From a virus (lineage: Duplodnaviria; Caudoviricetes): a stretch of 64,000 nt of DNA. Made by a program: the position numbers and the translations under genes. Position 1 is the first letter of the stretch. Every line of letters starts with the position of its first letter. Positions 1 to 8,112 of the stretch are shown here, piece by piece. Under the pieces are notes generated by a model that saw only the letters and a program-made list of their open reading frames with translations, ran no database searches and was not told the origin of the DNA. Where the stretch lies: the IMG/VR virus record IMGVR_UViG_3300033273_000282, positions 64,001 to 128,000 of that record; one strand, 5' to 3'.

Positions 1-156
1 CTGATCAAGACCTATGAAAAGAATGGTATCCTTGACTTCCAGAAGATCATTGATAACATGGAAGAGTTTGCCAGCATTGAGTTTGGCGTACAGGACATTG
101 TTCGTTCTGGTCTAGTGAAGTCCTATCTTATTAGTAAAATCAATCTTGGCATTTAA
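1..156 (+). CDS. phoH: PhoH-like ATPase, C-terminal end (partial)
   Basis: Frame 1 reads LIKTYEKNGILDFQKIIDNMEEFASIEFGVQDIVRSGLVKSYLISKINLGI*; EFGxxDIVRSGLVKxY is the typical PhoH C-terminus; usual position upstream of the exonuclease in cyanomyoviruses. Confidence 0.8.
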   Translation: MIKTYEKNGILDFQKIIDNMEEFASIEFGVQDIVRSGLVKSYLISKINLGI

Positions 157-814
157 TCACGTTGACATACACAATTTCGTTGATCTGGTAGCAGAAACGA
201 CTGAGAAGGGTAGGACCTATTCCGTTGGGGACAAGTCCTACCCCTCTGTCACCACTGTGATTGGTGAGATGAAAAAGAAGTCCATCATGGAGTGGCGACA
301 GAGAGTTGGTCCTGAAGAAGCCAACCGTGTCAGTAAGCGGGCAACAACTCGTGGTAACAAAGTACACAAACTTGCTGAGGATTATCTCAACAACTTAGAC
401 TTGTCTAAGTACAGGGATGATCCTCTTTCCCTTGGACTCTTCCATACTGTCAAGCCTTATCTTGACAGGATAAATAATATACATGCGCTTGAAGCGCCGT
501 TGTATTCGCACTTGCTCAAACTCGCTGGACGAGTTGACTGTATTGCCGAGTACAATGGAGAGTTATCCATCATTGATTTCAAGACCAGCAGCAAGCCCAA
601 AAGAGAGGAGTGGATTCAAGACTACTTCTCACAGGAAACTGCTTATGCTATAATGTTTCAAGAATTGACTGGTTTACAGGTCAAGAAACTTGTCACCATC
701 ATTGCTGTTGAAAAGAGTGAACCTCAAGTCTTTGTGATCACTGATATTAAAAAGTATGTTCACAAGTTGAAAGAGTTCATCGATTATTACAGGAGTGTTC
801 ATGGGGACTGGTAA
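146..814 (+). CDS. PD-(D/E)XK exonuclease (Cas4-like/lambda-exo-like, conserved in T4-like cyanophages)
   Basis: YPSVTTV, RGNKVH, AGRVDCIAEY..LSIIDFKTS, Q..AYA motifs; exact start (TTG) uncertain. Confidence 0.85.
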   Translation: MAFNHVDIHNFVDLVAETTEKGRTYSVGDKSYPSVTTVIGEMKKKSIMEWRQRVGPEEANRVSKRATTRGNKVHKLAEDYLNNLDLSKYRDDPLSLGLFHTVKPYLDRINNIHALEAPLYSHLLKLAGRVDCIAEYNGELSIIDFKTSSKPKREEWIQDYFSQETAYAIMFQELTGLQVKKLVTIIAVEKSEPQVFVITDIKKYVHKLKEFIDYYRSVHGDW

Positions 815-1058
815 AATAAATGATGTACTTGAGGAAAACTTTATGACCGCTGCTAAATTTTCTCTAGAGATAGAGAAGATTGTGAAAGAATCTGAACTAA
901 ACTATATCGAAGCAGTTGTGATGTTCTGTGAAGACAAGAACATTGAGATCGAAACGGTTGGTAAACTTATCAACAAGCCACTCAAGGAAAAGATCAAGTA
1001 CGAAGCACAACGGTTAAACTTTATCAAGAGAGGATCGAGAGGTTTCTTATCACTGTGA
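801..1058 (+). CDS. gp33: Late-promoter transcription coactivator gp33
   Basis: KFSLEIEKIV..NYIEAVVMFCE..IEIETVGKLINKPLKEKIKYEA..LNF; precedes gp59. Confidence 0.85.
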   Translation: MGTGKINDVLEENFMTAAKFSLEIEKIVKESELNYIEAVVMFCEDKNIEIETVGKLINKPLKEKIKYEAQRLNFIKRGSRGFLSL

Positions 1059-1624
1059 CAGGCATTGACGCTTTTAGAATGTACCTCGCAATGAGGAATC
1101 ATTTTAATTCTAAATCATACAATTTTCTGAAAAGTCCTTACAGCAAAGCTAAACCAGAGACATATGATAAGAGGAAGGATAAGTATTTCTTTGTTAAACT
1201 TTCTCGTAAGTATGATGAGCAGCAACTAGCACAGTTCTACCTGGCTAATTTTGTTGCCGATAACTGTGAGTGGATAGGCGCGATGTCTGCTCATGGAGAA
1301 AAGAATTACATCTCATACCAGAAGAAGATTCAGTCCCTGTCATACACCTTCAGGGAGGATGCTTCTATAATGAGAGAGGTCTGCGATGACTTCGATTGCC
1401 TCTTCAGAGGATCTCCTCACCCTACCCTGATTAAACTTTGGTTGGGTAATAAGATTTCTTTGGAGAGCGTTGTTATTATGGAGAAGTTGTTCGGTTTTGT
1501 GAACAATGTCTCATCTTCCGATCCCGTATGGGAGACAGTGAAGAAAAAAATCCTCAAGTACGAGCCATTGTTGTCAGTGGACACCACGAAACAGAAGAAC
1601 ATCTTACGGGAACTATTCCTATGA
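1055..1624 (+). CDS. gp59: Helicase loader gp59-like
   Basis: AFRMYLAMRNHF..Y, Y.KRKDKYFF.KLSRKY, IS.ESVVIME..FGFV; synteny gp33-gp59-gp32. Confidence 0.8.
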   Translation: MTGIDAFRMYLAMRNHFNSKSYNFLKSPYSKAKPETYDKRKDKYFFVKLSRKYDEQQLAQFYLANFVADNCEWIGAMSAHGEKNYISYQKKIQSLSYTFREDASIMREVCDDFDCLFRGSPHPTLIKLWLGNKISLESVVIMEKLFGFVNNVSSSDPVWETVKKKILKYEPLLSVDTTKQKNILRELFL

Positions 1625-1950
1625 CCAAATTTTTCGAGTCGGACGTAGTACAAAACGAACTGCGTGAAATGCAAGAGTTGTACATCGATATCAACCGAAT
1701 GGGTCTTGTCCTCTCAGTTGAAGCCAAGATCGAACAACTCACTAAACTGCTGCGACTCATCGAGATCCAGCAGACCATGTTCATGCGAGTCACCCTGTCC
1801 GACCAAGAGGATGCTCAGCAGCTCTTGTCACAGGTCAGGGAAGCTGCTACAATGATTGGTATGAAAGCCGAGGACGTGAACCCTCAGTTTTATGAGGCAC
1901 TGAAGTCGGATGTTCATAAAATGATCGACGAGCTTGAACGATCTAAATAA
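1621..1950 (+). CDS. Conserved cyanophage hypothetical protein (DUF1825-like)
   Basis: ATG 1621 overlaps the gp59 stop; MTKFFESDVVQNELREMQELY...QQTMFMRVTLSD. Confidence 0.65.
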   Translation: MTKFFESDVVQNELREMQELYIDINRMGLVLSVEAKIEQLTKLLRLIEIQQTMFMRVTLSDQEDAQQLLSQVREAATMIGMKAEDVNPQFYEALKSDVHKMIDELERSK

Positions 1951-1962
1951 GTATGCTATGAT
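1934..1962 (+). promoter_or_regulatory. Sigma70-type promoter overlapping a late TAAATA box upstream of gp32
   Basis: TTGAAC(1934-39)-17-TATGAT(1957-62) with extended TG; TAAATA at 1944-49. Confidence 0.55.
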
Positions 1963-2007
1963 TCCACATAGCACTCAAGCCAAATACAAAACACACGGAG
2001 AATACGA

Positions 2008-2901
2008 ATGTCCTTTGCTTCCCTCAAAAAGTCCAACTTCACTGACCTGCTTGCTAAGGCAGAGAATCTGAACAAGACTGAAACCAAAGGTGGTGCTGAT
2101 GAGCGCCTCTGGAAGCCAGAAGTAGATAAAGCAGGCAACGGTTACGCGGTCATCCGCTTCCTCCCTGCTCCCGAGGGCGAAGACCTGCCCTGGGCACAAG
2201 TTTGGAGTCATGCCTTCCAAGGTCCTGGTGGATGGTATATCGAAAACTCCTTGACCACTTTGGGCAAGAAAGATCCTGTCTCTGACCTGAACAGGCAGCT
2301 TTGGAACAGCGGTGCTGACAGCGACAAAGAGATTGCCCGTAAGCAGAAGCGTAAGCTCTCTTACTACAGCAACATCTACGTTGTCAAGGATCCTGCTAAT
2401 CCTCAGAACGAAGGTAAAGTCTTCCTGTACAAGTTCGGTAAGAAGATCTTTGATAAGATTACCGAAGCAATGCAGCCCGCCTTTGCTGATGAGACTCCCA
2501 TCAACCCCTTCGATTTCTGGAAGGGTGCTGACTTCAAAGTGAAGATCCGTAAGGTTGAAGGTTACTGGAACTACGACAAGTCGGAGTTCGATGCCCCCAG
2601 CACTCTCGGTTCCTTTGATGATAGTGATCTTGAAGCCATCTGGAAGAAGCAGTATAGTTTGACTGCTTTCACCTCTGATGATCAGTTCAAGACCTATGAG
2701 CAGCTCAAAGAGCGTCTCGACACCGTGCTGAACTCTTCTTACCAGAAGCGTGACGCCGAGACCGAAGAGGCAGAATATGAAGCAGCACCTGCTGCTCCCG
2801 AGCCTTCTTTCGCTCCTTCCTTCCGCAGTGCTCCTGCTCCTGCCGCCGAGGAAGACAACGATGCTCTCTCTTATTTCGCAAAGCTTGCTGCTGAAGACTG
2901 A
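2008..2901 (+). CDS. gp32: Single-stranded DNA-binding protein gp32
   Basis: DERLWKP..DKAGNGYAVIRFLPAP, HAFQGPGGWYIENSLTTLG, GKVFLYKFGKKIFDKI, NYDKSEF, acidic C-terminal tail. Confidence 0.97.
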   Translation: MSFASLKKSNFTDLLAKAENLNKTETKGGADERLWKPEVDKAGNGYAVIRFLPAPEGEDLPWAQVWSHAFQGPGGWYIENSLTTLGKKDPVSDLNRQLWNSGADSDKEIARKQKRKLSYYSNIYVVKDPANPQNEGKVFLYKFGKKIFDKITEAMQPAFADETPINPFDFWKGADFKVKIRKVEGYWNYDKSEFDAPSTLGSFDDSDLEAIWKKQYSLTAFTSDDQFKTYEQLKERLDTVLNSSYQKRDAETEEAEYEAAPAAPEPSFAPSFRSAPAPAAEEDNDALSYFAKLAAED

Positions 2902-3572
2902 TGTTCAAGATTTTCCTTGATACGGCGGACGTTACCGACATCCGCCGTCGGACCTTCACTGGTCTCATTGACGGGGTTACTACTAACCCCACCTTGATTA
3001 AGAAAAGCGGTAAAGATCCTCTTGATGTTTATCGTGAGATCCAAGATCTCGGTGTCAAAGACATCAGTATGGAGATCGCTGGAGTTGAGGACCACAAGGA
3101 CATGATCATTGAGGCTCTCAAACTCCATACTGAGTTTGGTAACCGAGCAACCATCAAGTTGCCTATGGGTTACCAAGGATTGCTTGCCTGCTCCGAGTTG
3201 AGTAAGCAGAGAATCCGCACCAACATCACGCTGATTTTCAACGCAGCACAAGCCATTCTCGCCGCTAAGGCAGGTGCTACCTACGTTTCTCCTTTCGTGG
3301 GTCGCTGTGACGATAACTCTGTCGCAGGTGTTGAGGTAGTACGCTCTATTGCTGAGGTCTACCGTGTACACGGAGCAAAGACACAAGTTCTTGCTGCTTC
3401 AATCCGAGACGTGTACAAAGTCACCCGTGCTTTCTATAACGGTGCTGACATTGTGACCATGCCACCCGCTGTCTTTGACAAGATGTACGGTCACGTTCTT
3501 ACCCGAGAGGGACTCGCTATCTTTGAAAAGGATTGGGCAGACGTATGTGGAGAATCTGGGCAAAAGCCCTAG
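2901..3572 (+). CDS. talC: Transaldolase TalC (auxiliary metabolic gene)
   Basis: KIFLDTA, GVTTNPTLI, TIKLP (Schiff-base Lys), NITLIF, YVSPFVGR, VLAASIR, T.EGL..F..DW. Confidence 0.95.
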   Translation: MFKIFLDTADVTDIRRRTFTGLIDGVTTNPTLIKKSGKDPLDVYREIQDLGVKDISMEIAGVEDHKDMIIEALKLHTEFGNRATIKLPMGYQGLLACSELSKQRIRTNITLIFNAAQAILAAKAGATYVSPFVGRCDDNSVAGVEVVRSIAEVYRVHGAKTQVLAASIRDVYKVTRAFYNGADIVTMPPAVFDKMYGHVLTREGLAIFEKDWADVCGESGQKP

Positions 3573-3745
3573 GGGCAAAGGAGGGGAATAATGACCGAGA
3601 GGCAGATTGTATTGCTGGTATACGGACTATTATACTTCTCACTTATCTTGTCACTAATGTGGCCATTGTTGCTAACGCAGTAAGGCACTGGAATGATATG
3701 GAACCTGAACCGTATCCATCTCCACCAGCAAAAACGACTTTTTAG
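3545..3745 (+). CDS. Small conserved cyanophage membrane protein
   Basis: MWRIWAKALG...IRTIILLTYLVTNVAIVANAVRHWN; one hydrophobic segment. Confidence 0.65.
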   Translation: MWRIWAKALGAKEGNNDREADCIAGIRTIILLTYLVTNVAIVANAVRHWNDMEPEPYPSPPAKTTF

Positions 3746-3750
3746 TTACC

Positions 3751-3784
3751 AAATACCCCGAAAAATTTTTCGGGGTATTTTTTT
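3751..3784. terminator. Bidirectional intrinsic terminator (perfect 30-bp palindrome)
   Basis: AAATACCCCGAAAAA|TTTTTCGGGGTATTT then TTTT, between convergent gene blocks. Confidence 0.8.
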
Positions 3785-3795
3785 GTCTGTAGGGT

Positions 3796-4422
3796 TTACT
3801 CCATTTTGACGCTTTGGGGTTCATATCCAACAGCGTACTCACCAGCGTTTTTGAGAGTGCGAACATATTCTTCAGCAAACTCTCTAACGTAACTTGGACG
3901 AATTAGTTTGATTTTCTCTTTTGCTTCATTTAGCCTATACTCGTAATCACGGTAAGATATCGAATTTACGGGATTGACGGTGACACCAGCAGATGCCGTA
4001 CCGTCATAATAGGTGATCTGGAAGTTTGAGGGAACAACTGTCCCAGAGTTTACAATTACTCTACCCAGAGCATCTTTGACTTCGTAGGTTTCGTAATGCT
4101 TGGTGTCATCGGGGTTTTCATACTTACCATTGACATAATCTACCAATGACGCTGAACTCTTTGGCCAATCAGCGTGGAAGTTGGTAATGTCGTTCACTAC
4201 AAGGATAGTCCAGCCAAAGAATGGATCTTCATATTGGTTGAATGAGATCGTTTCTGGCGTTTCTCCTTCTTTGATGATATACTCGTCAAAGAGAGTGACT
4301 GAAGTGAGGTACTTTTCAAGAACCTCATTTCTTCTCCAGATGTTTTTCATCACAACAAACTCTGGATCTGCCAGAGAGTCTGTGTAGTTGTATACTACTG
4401 TCGGTGCGTTTTTGAATAACAT
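3796..4422 (-). CDS. gp53: Baseplate wedge subunit gp53
   Basis: KNIWRR, YIIKEGETPETIS...Y.DP.FGWTILVVNDI...WP, YE..LNEAKEKIKLIRPSYV. Confidence 0.9.
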   Translation of the reverse strand: MLFKNAPTVVYNYTDSLADPEFVVMKNIWRRNEVLEKYLTSVTLFDEYIIKEGETPETISFNQYEDPFFGWTILVVNDITNFHADWPKSSASLVDYVNGKYENPDDTKHYETYEVKDALGRVIVNSGTVVPSNFQITYYDGTASAGVTVNPVNSISYRDYEYRLNEAKEKIKLIRPSYVREFAEEYVRTLKNAGEYAVGYEPQSVKME

Positions 4423-5636
4423 TAGAAGACTCCTGACTTCATGTCGCTCTGAGTCAGAGCAGTGATTTCATTGAATGACAAGGTAATTGTTTGAAGTGGA
4501 AGAGCACCAGTGTAAGTGGTTTGGAACGAGTTGGAAGGTGATGTATTTACTGTAACTCTAGTCAAAGCACAAGTCTTGGATCTTGGCATTTGTGGGTGAT
4601 CTTCAATGTTAGCCGTTACCTGTGAACCGACTCTATCTGTTACATTGACAAATTTTGGTTTTAACTCAAAGACATCGGGGAATCCTAGTACACCACCAAC
4701 TCCTTGAGGTGAACTATAAGGATGCATTCCGACTTTTAGGAACTGAACGATAGCGTCAATATCTCTTGCTTCGTCAGCATTTCTAGCAAACAGTTCAAAC
4801 GAAAGATCAAAGGTTCTCATCTCCATCTTGGAGAAGAACATGATTGCGTTTTCGTTAGGAGCCAGACCACCTAGACCCAAGAGGTTTGTTGGTGTCAGTT
4901 CGCTATTGACTCCCAGTGGATTAAATGCTCCTTTACCAGCAGCACCTGCCGCACTTCCAACACTCAAAGGAATACCAGCACCTTGACTCAATGCTTCGGA
5001 GAATGTACCTTCCAACCCACTTAAGAGTTGACCAGCAACGTTACCAGCAAGACTTAATGTACCAGTTGCCAATGCTTGACCACCAAAGGAAAAAGGGTTC
5101 TCTAGGATACGAGCCATCGTACCCAATTTGAACTCATTGGACCATGCTGCGCCATATGAGTATTGAAACTCATTTGGCATTGGTAAGATTACAGAGTTTC
5201 TCTGACTACCACCATATTTACTTCCAGCAGCCTTGATTGCTTTTAATTGATCGGCATTTTCAATTACTTGACCATTCTGAAGAGTGATTGGGAAGTTTAC
5301 ATTACTGTAATCATTATTTGGAGTGCCGTTTTGTTTTCTAGTTGTTTGGATTCTAGTTCTTTTGGTTGCCTTAGCAACGGCTTCATTCAATTTACTTTCA
5401 TCATATGAGTCATTGAACAGAAACAATCCAGCGCCACGAATAGTATTTACTGCTGCTTCTCCAATACCAGATCTGGTAAGAGCAGAAAACACATCATTTC
5501 TATCGCTGTCATTCTTAGCGCGTTCTAGACCTGCTTTATAACTGTACTTCGTGATCTCCATACACGAAGCAAAGGGAACCGTATTGATTCCCTTTGGATA
5601 AATCAGGGTGTTTCCCGCTAGATTACCTGGAGCCAT
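4422..5636 (-). CDS. gp48: Baseplate tail-tube cap gp48-like
   Basis: ILPMPNEFQYSYGAAW, PN...FFSKMEMRTFDLSFELFARNADEA..I..IVQFLKVGMHP, L.FPDVF, SFNEITALT. Confidence 0.8.
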   Translation of the reverse strand: MAPGNLAGNTLIYPKGINTVPFASCMEITKYSYKAGLERAKNDSDRNDVFSALTRSGIGEAAVNTIRGAGLFLFNDSYDESKLNEAVAKATKRTRIQTTRKQNGTPNNDYSNVNFPITLQNGQVIENADQLKAIKAAGSKYGGSQRNSVILPMPNEFQYSYGAAWSNEFKLGTMARILENPFSFGGQALATGTLSLAGNVAGQLLSGLEGTFSEALSQGAGIPLSVGSAAGAAGKGAFNPLGVNSELTPTNLLGLGGLAPNENAIMFFSKMEMRTFDLSFELFARNADEARDIDAIVQFLKVGMHPYSSPQGVGGVLGFPDVFELKPKFVNVTDRVGSQVTANIEDHPQMPRSKTCALTRVTVNTSPSNSFQTTYTGALPLQTITLSFNEITALTQSDMKSGVF

Positions 5637-6147
5637 TTGTTACTCGGTTTCTGTTGTGGAACTTTTCTAAGGGTAGTTGACTTAGAAGTTGTGCGTCGGA
5701 TTCGGTGACCTCAAAGAAAAGATTGTCAGCTCTTTTGGGGATGTAATAATGTAAAGTAGGTGTAGGCATCCTATTATTATTTAGAGCAGATAATCTCTCC
5801 TTGGGACTAATATAATGTAAATTAGCCCCTAAATACTGACCACCCTTCTTTTCTAGTAACTGAATCAGAGGGTATTGGTCCCATCGAGACAGTATATCTC
5901 TGAATTTTGGGTCATACTCGAAGAAGTAGAACTTGCCTTCTTCTGGATTATCTGTTACACTATCAAAAAGAACATCCATAACTCTGGATCTCAAATCAGA
6001 GTTACTGATGCCCTTTCCTCTTAAATCTTTCAGCAAGTCTTCAAATTTTGAGATCTGCTTCGGTGATGATTTTGAATTCCCAAAGCCTGTCCCTGCAGTA
6101 TTCTCTCGCTGCTTCCCATTTCGCTTGATTTTTGGCATAAGTCGCAA
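5623..6147 (-). CDS. gp2: DNA end protector gp2-like (start uncertain)
   Basis: GKFYFFEYDPK...WDQYPLI...YLGANLHYI..LP.EKF; lies between gp4 and gp48. Confidence 0.6.
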   Translation of the reverse strand: MRLMPKIKRNGKQRENTAGTGFGNSKSSPKQISKFEDLLKDLRGKGISNSDLRSRVMDVLFDSVTDNPEEGKFYFFEYDPKFRDILSRWDQYPLIQLLEKKGGQYLGANLHYISPKERLSALNNNRMPTPTLHYYIPKRADNLFFEVTESDAQLLSQLPLEKFHNRNRVTNGSR

Positions 6148-6478
6148 CCTCCGTTATGTAACGCTTGGTCTTGCGTTGCTGAGGTTTGGGACCCTCGACT
6201 TGTGCCTTAGGCTTTACCTCAACAAGATAGGACTGTGTACTTCCATTCGTGTTCTTTACTTTCATGTAAAAGTCGGGAAAATAGAGATGATACTTACCAT
6301 CAGTGGGGCATTTGTATGGTATAGTAATCTCTTCAGATGACCACTCGATCACATTAGCATTATTATCACAGTAGTACATAAACTTGCGCTCCCAGAGGGA
6401 ACGGTATATGATATTAGTGGGATCGCCTTTGTACTTCCTGTAATTTGAAGGACGGTATTTTCCCTTATATGACGGCAT
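6041..6478 (-). CDS. gp4: Head completion nuclease gp4
   Basis: MPSYKGKYRP.N..KYKGDPTNIIYRSLWERKFM, WSSEE, YFPDF, VEVKP, NQAKWEAA..YC..R.WEFKIITE. Confidence 0.95.
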   Translation of the reverse strand: MPSYKGKYRPSNYRKYKGDPTNIIYRSLWERKFMYYCDNNANVIEWSSEEITIPYKCPTDGKYHLYFPDFYMKVKNTNGSTQSYLVEVKPKAQVEGPKPQQRKTKRYITEVATYAKNQAKWEAAREYCRDRLWEFKIITEADLKI

Positions 6479-6512
6479 AAATAAATATGGTTCACCCCAT
6501 AGGGTATTTATG
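6476..6512. promoter_or_regulatory. Divergent pair of T4-type late promoters
   Basis: CATAAATA at 6476-83 (+), with ATAAATA also at 6481-87; CATAAATA on - strand at 6512-6505. Confidence 0.65.
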
Positions 6513-7226
6513 GCTCCCCTTAAGACCGTATCCCAATTTATCTCAACAATTATTGGTGATGGCGGTCCTTCATCGTCCACTCATTATGACATTTACTTTG
6601 GGTTAAATTTACAACTTTCTCAGTATCTGAGAAAGCACTGTCAGATAGATTCTGCTCAGGGAACTGGTCCCAACAGTCTTGACAAAGTGACGATGCTTGC
6701 CAATGAGGTCCAGATTCCTGGCGTCTCTATGACAAGTCAAGACGTTAGGAGCGTCAATAAGGGTATTAACATGAAGCCAGCGATGGCGAAAGTATATAAT
6801 GAGATGGATATGTCATTCATCCTTGACGTTGACTCCATGCCATATAGATTCTGGAGAGGGTGGCAGGATTATATCCTTGGAGGATATGATTTCAAAGCAT
6901 ATGGTGGCAGTGATGCCTTTGACAACTCCAATACAAATACCGTGAGAAAGGCTTTCGCTACTCAATGGTATGATGACTACACTTGTGACATTTACGTTCA
7001 CAAGTATGAGAAAGAAATTGGTGCGTTAGGTAAACAAGGAAATAGAGGACTGTTAGTTCCAGACGCTAACAGAATCTATGAACCATTCCGAATCAAACTT
7101 GTCAACGCATATCCATATATGCTATCATCTATTCCATATAGTTCAGCCGCTTCTCAAGCCGTAAAACTTAGTGTTGGCGTTTACTACGAGTACGCTCAAT
7201 TCATTGATGTAAGACAGTTTATCTAA
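6510..7226 (+). CDS. Tail tube initiator / tube-like protein (gp54/gp19 family)
   Basis: EVQIPGVSM, Y.EMDMSFILD...YRFWRGWQDYI, YDDYTCDI...K, IKLVNAYP..LSSIPYS, KLSV.VYYE. Confidence 0.7.
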   Translation: MAPLKTVSQFISTIIGDGGPSSSTHYDIYFGLNLQLSQYLRKHCQIDSAQGTGPNSLDKVTMLANEVQIPGVSMTSQDVRSVNKGINMKPAMAKVYNEMDMSFILDVDSMPYRFWRGWQDYILGGYDFKAYGGSDAFDNSNTNTVRKAFATQWYDDYTCDIYVHKYEKEIGALGKQGNRGLLVPDANRIYEPFRIKLVNAYPYMLSSIPYSSAASQAVKLSVGVYYEYAQFIDVRQFI

Positions 7227-7924
7227 TGCCTTTACCTAAAATTACTACTCCAGTCTATGAACTGGAGGTGCCTTCGTCAAAAAAGAAATTTAAGTATCGT
7301 CCCTTCCTAGTGAAGGAGCAAAAGGTTCTCATCATTGCCATGGAATCTGGCGATGAGAAGCAGATCGTAGAAGCAATCAAGACCATCTTCAAGAACTGTA
7401 TCCAGACGCGATTCAGGATGGAGGACTTGGCTATCTTTGATGTGGAGTATATTTTCCTCCAACTTCGCGGGCGCTCTGTGATGGAAATCATCGAACTGGA
7501 GATTCCATGTGATGATGACGAGAATACTAAGGTTCCTGTCACTATTCCAGTGGATGCTGTCAAGGTTCACTTCCCTGAAGGTCATGAAAGAATTCTCAAG
7601 TTGACTGATAGTATTATTGTTGAGATGAAGTATCCCAACCTGGAATACTTCGCTAAGGTCAACTTTGGTGATGAAGAACCAGATCCCTATGATCTTGTCG
7701 CTGAGTGTGTTGACAAGGTATATAATGATGGTGAGGATTGTGGTTCGTTCACTGTTGATGAGGTGAAGGAGTGGTTGGAGAGCCTTACGAACGATCAGTT
7801 TGAAAAGGTACAGGACTTCTTTAATACTATGCCTGTTCTTAAGCATGAGATCACTGTAACCAATCCAAACACAGGAGTTAAGACTACTTCTGTTCTGGAA
7901 GGTCTGGTTAATTTTTTCGGATAG
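7226..7924 (+). CDS. gp26: Baseplate hub subunit / assembly chaperone gp26
   Basis: MPLPKITTPVYELEVPSSKKKFKYRPFLVKEQKVLIIAMES, FDVEYIFLQLRGRSV, MKYP, FFNTMPVLKH, LEGL.NFF. Confidence 0.95.
   Translation: MPLPKITTPVYELEVPSSKKKFKYRPFLVKEQKVLIIAMESGDEKQIVEAIKTIFKNCIQTRFRMEDLAIFDVEYIFLQLRGRSVMEIIELEIPCDDDENTKVPVTIPVDAVKVHFPEGHERILKLTDSIIVEMKYPNLEYFAKVNFGDEEPDPYDLVAECVDKVYNDGEDCGSFTVDEVKEWLESLTNDQFEKVQDFFNTMPVLKHEITVTNPNTGVKTTSVLEGLVNFFG
7912..7918 (+). other. Candidate -1 ribosomal slippery heptamer T TTT TTC
   Basis: gp26 ends AAT TTT TTC GGA TAG; the -1 frame continues FFRIALFHEGIERFYSTNFALLQHHKY. Confidence 0.7.
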
Positions 7925-8112
7925 CCCTCTTTCATGAGGGCATTGAGAGGTTTTACAGTACCAACTTTGCTCTACTACAACACCATAAATATACATTAGC
8001 TGATATTGAAGGTATGATCCCGTGGGAACGGGATGTTTACGTTAACATGCTTGCTAAGTGGCTCAAGGAAGAAAGAGAACGCATAGAAGAACAAAGACGT
8101 AAACGTAAATGA
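7912..8112 (+). CDS. gp51: Baseplate hub assembly protein gp51 (no canonical start; probably reached by frameshift)
   Basis: Not in the ORF track; reads ...FYSTNFALLQHHKYTLADIEGMIPWERDVYVNMLAKWLKEERERIEEQRRKRK*. Confidence 0.85.
   Translation, partial: FFRIALFHEGIERFYSTNFALLQHHKYTLADIEGMIPWERDVYVNMLAKWLKEERERIEEQRRKRK

Noticed and set aside
146-814. Cas4-like nuclease as evidence of a CRISPR system
   Set aside because: No repeat-spacer array or other cas genes in the window; this exonuclease is a routine gene between phoH and gp33 in cyanomyoviruses
7934-8000. ATG at 7934 as the gp51 start
   Set aside because: It is in the gp26 frame and gives only a short peptide, not the gp51 sequence
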